Positions 55,136 through 55,360 of a DNA stretch of 55,360 nt are shown one piece after another. The stretch lies in contig DATBGG010000035.1 of assembly GCA_036558065.1 (NCBI GenBank), forward strand, positions 1 through 55,360, written 5' to 3'. The notes beneath the pieces were generated by a model that was given only the letters and a program-made list of their open reading frames with translations, did not search any database and was not told the DNA's origin. The DNA comes from Gaiellaceae bacterium. GTDB lineage: Bacteria; Actinomycetota; Thermoleophilia; Gaiellales; Gaiellaceae. The stretch's first letter is position 1. Every line of letters starts with the position of its first letter. The position numbers were made by a program, and so were the translations under genes.

Positions 55136-55360
55136 TCACGCCCACCAGATGAAGTAGCCGAGCAGGACCAGGCCCGCTAGGAGAAGTACGGTCGCGCTCC
55201 ATCGGACGAGTGCCGAGTCGAACGGGCCGGGTAGGACACGGACGACGAGCTGGTCCTCCGCGGGCTCGCCCATCACGCGGAGGCGAGTGCCGTCCTCGAC
55301 GCCGGGCGGGATCCGCACCTTGAGCACCCGGCTCCGCGTGACTGTTCCCGCGCCGGCGCA
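55136..55360 (-). CDS. Partial CDS (C-terminal end only): membrane-anchored protein with a DnaJ-C-like beta motif
   Basis: The frame is open to the window edge. VRIPPGVEDGTRLRV resembles a DnaJ C-terminal-domain strand, followed by one TM segment (LLLAGLVLLGYFIWW). Confidence 0.45.
   Translation of the reverse strand, partial: CAGAGTVTRSRVLKVRIPPGVEDGTRLRVMGEPAEDQLVVRVLPGPFDSALVRWSATVLLLAGLVLLGYFIWWA

Noticed and set aside
55048-55360. The tRNA-Ser as an integration hotspot marking a genomic island boundary.
   Set aside because: No integrase, direct repeat of the tRNA 3' end, or compositional shift is visible in the 226 nt that remain. The window ends too soon to judge.
1-55360. CRISPR arrays, prophage or defence-island genes, toxin-antitoxin pairs, and rRNA.
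   Set aside because: I found no regularly spaced direct repeats. I found no nuclease, helicase, methylase or integrase-type products. There is no rRNA-like sequence, and every substantial ORF has a metabolic or envelope assignment or is a membrane hypothetical.

Overview
This is a high-G+C (roughly 70% by eye), very gene-dense chromosomal segment. It looks actinobacterial, possibly Thermoleophilia/Rubrobacteria-like, but that is a guess. I resolve 65 protein-coding genes (one partial at the right edge), one tRNA-Ser(UGA) and a few hairpins. I see no rRNA, CRISPR array, prophage, or insertion sequence with recognisable ends. I also see no DNA-binding transcription factor anywhere in the 55 kb. 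Many neighbouring genes share ATGA/GTGA start-stop overlaps, so most of the window is organised as tightly coupled operons.

Content is dominated by anaerobic/hypoxic energy and redox metabolism and by envelope functions:
- a four-subunit 2-oxoacid:ferredoxin oxidoreductase preceded by a GltD-like flavoprotein
- formate-THF ligase
- a group 3b (Hyh, sulfhydrogenase-type) [NiFe]-hydrogenase operon with unusual accessory genes
- an SQR-TusE/DsrC-DsrE sulfur module
- ACT-malic enzyme plus a tryptophanase-like lyase
- Tdh/Kbl, and phosphoketolase plus acetate kinase
- envelope/stress functions: Hsp20, OsmC, PspA, HtpX, and two separate disulfide-bond systems (DsbA-VKOR and DsbB-DsbA)
- three ABC exporters

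The best candidates for something undescribed are:
1. A minus-strand operon (9525->4438) encoding a ferredoxin reductase, a ferredoxin, a NOX/FRE-like bis-heme membrane protein and ApbE. It also encodes two unclassifiable exported proteins and an ABC-2 exporter, but no recognisable flavinylation target or MsrP.
2. Non-canonical hydrogenase maturation parts: a 252-aa protein with an internal HypC-like module, a HypA without its zinc finger, an EamA transporter, and a cNMP-domain-only protein wedged between HyhB and HyhG.
3. A RimK-like ATP-grasp / flavin reductase / M20 carboxypeptidase trio, transcribed divergently from a hemerythrin-Acg nitroreductase fusion.
4. The only sizeable non-coding gap (25210-25489), which is lower in GC, structured, and bounded by a bidirectional terminator.

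All calls rest on reading the translated ORFs and the DNA by eye. No database search was run. Family names come from remembered motifs and should be confirmed with HMM searches.
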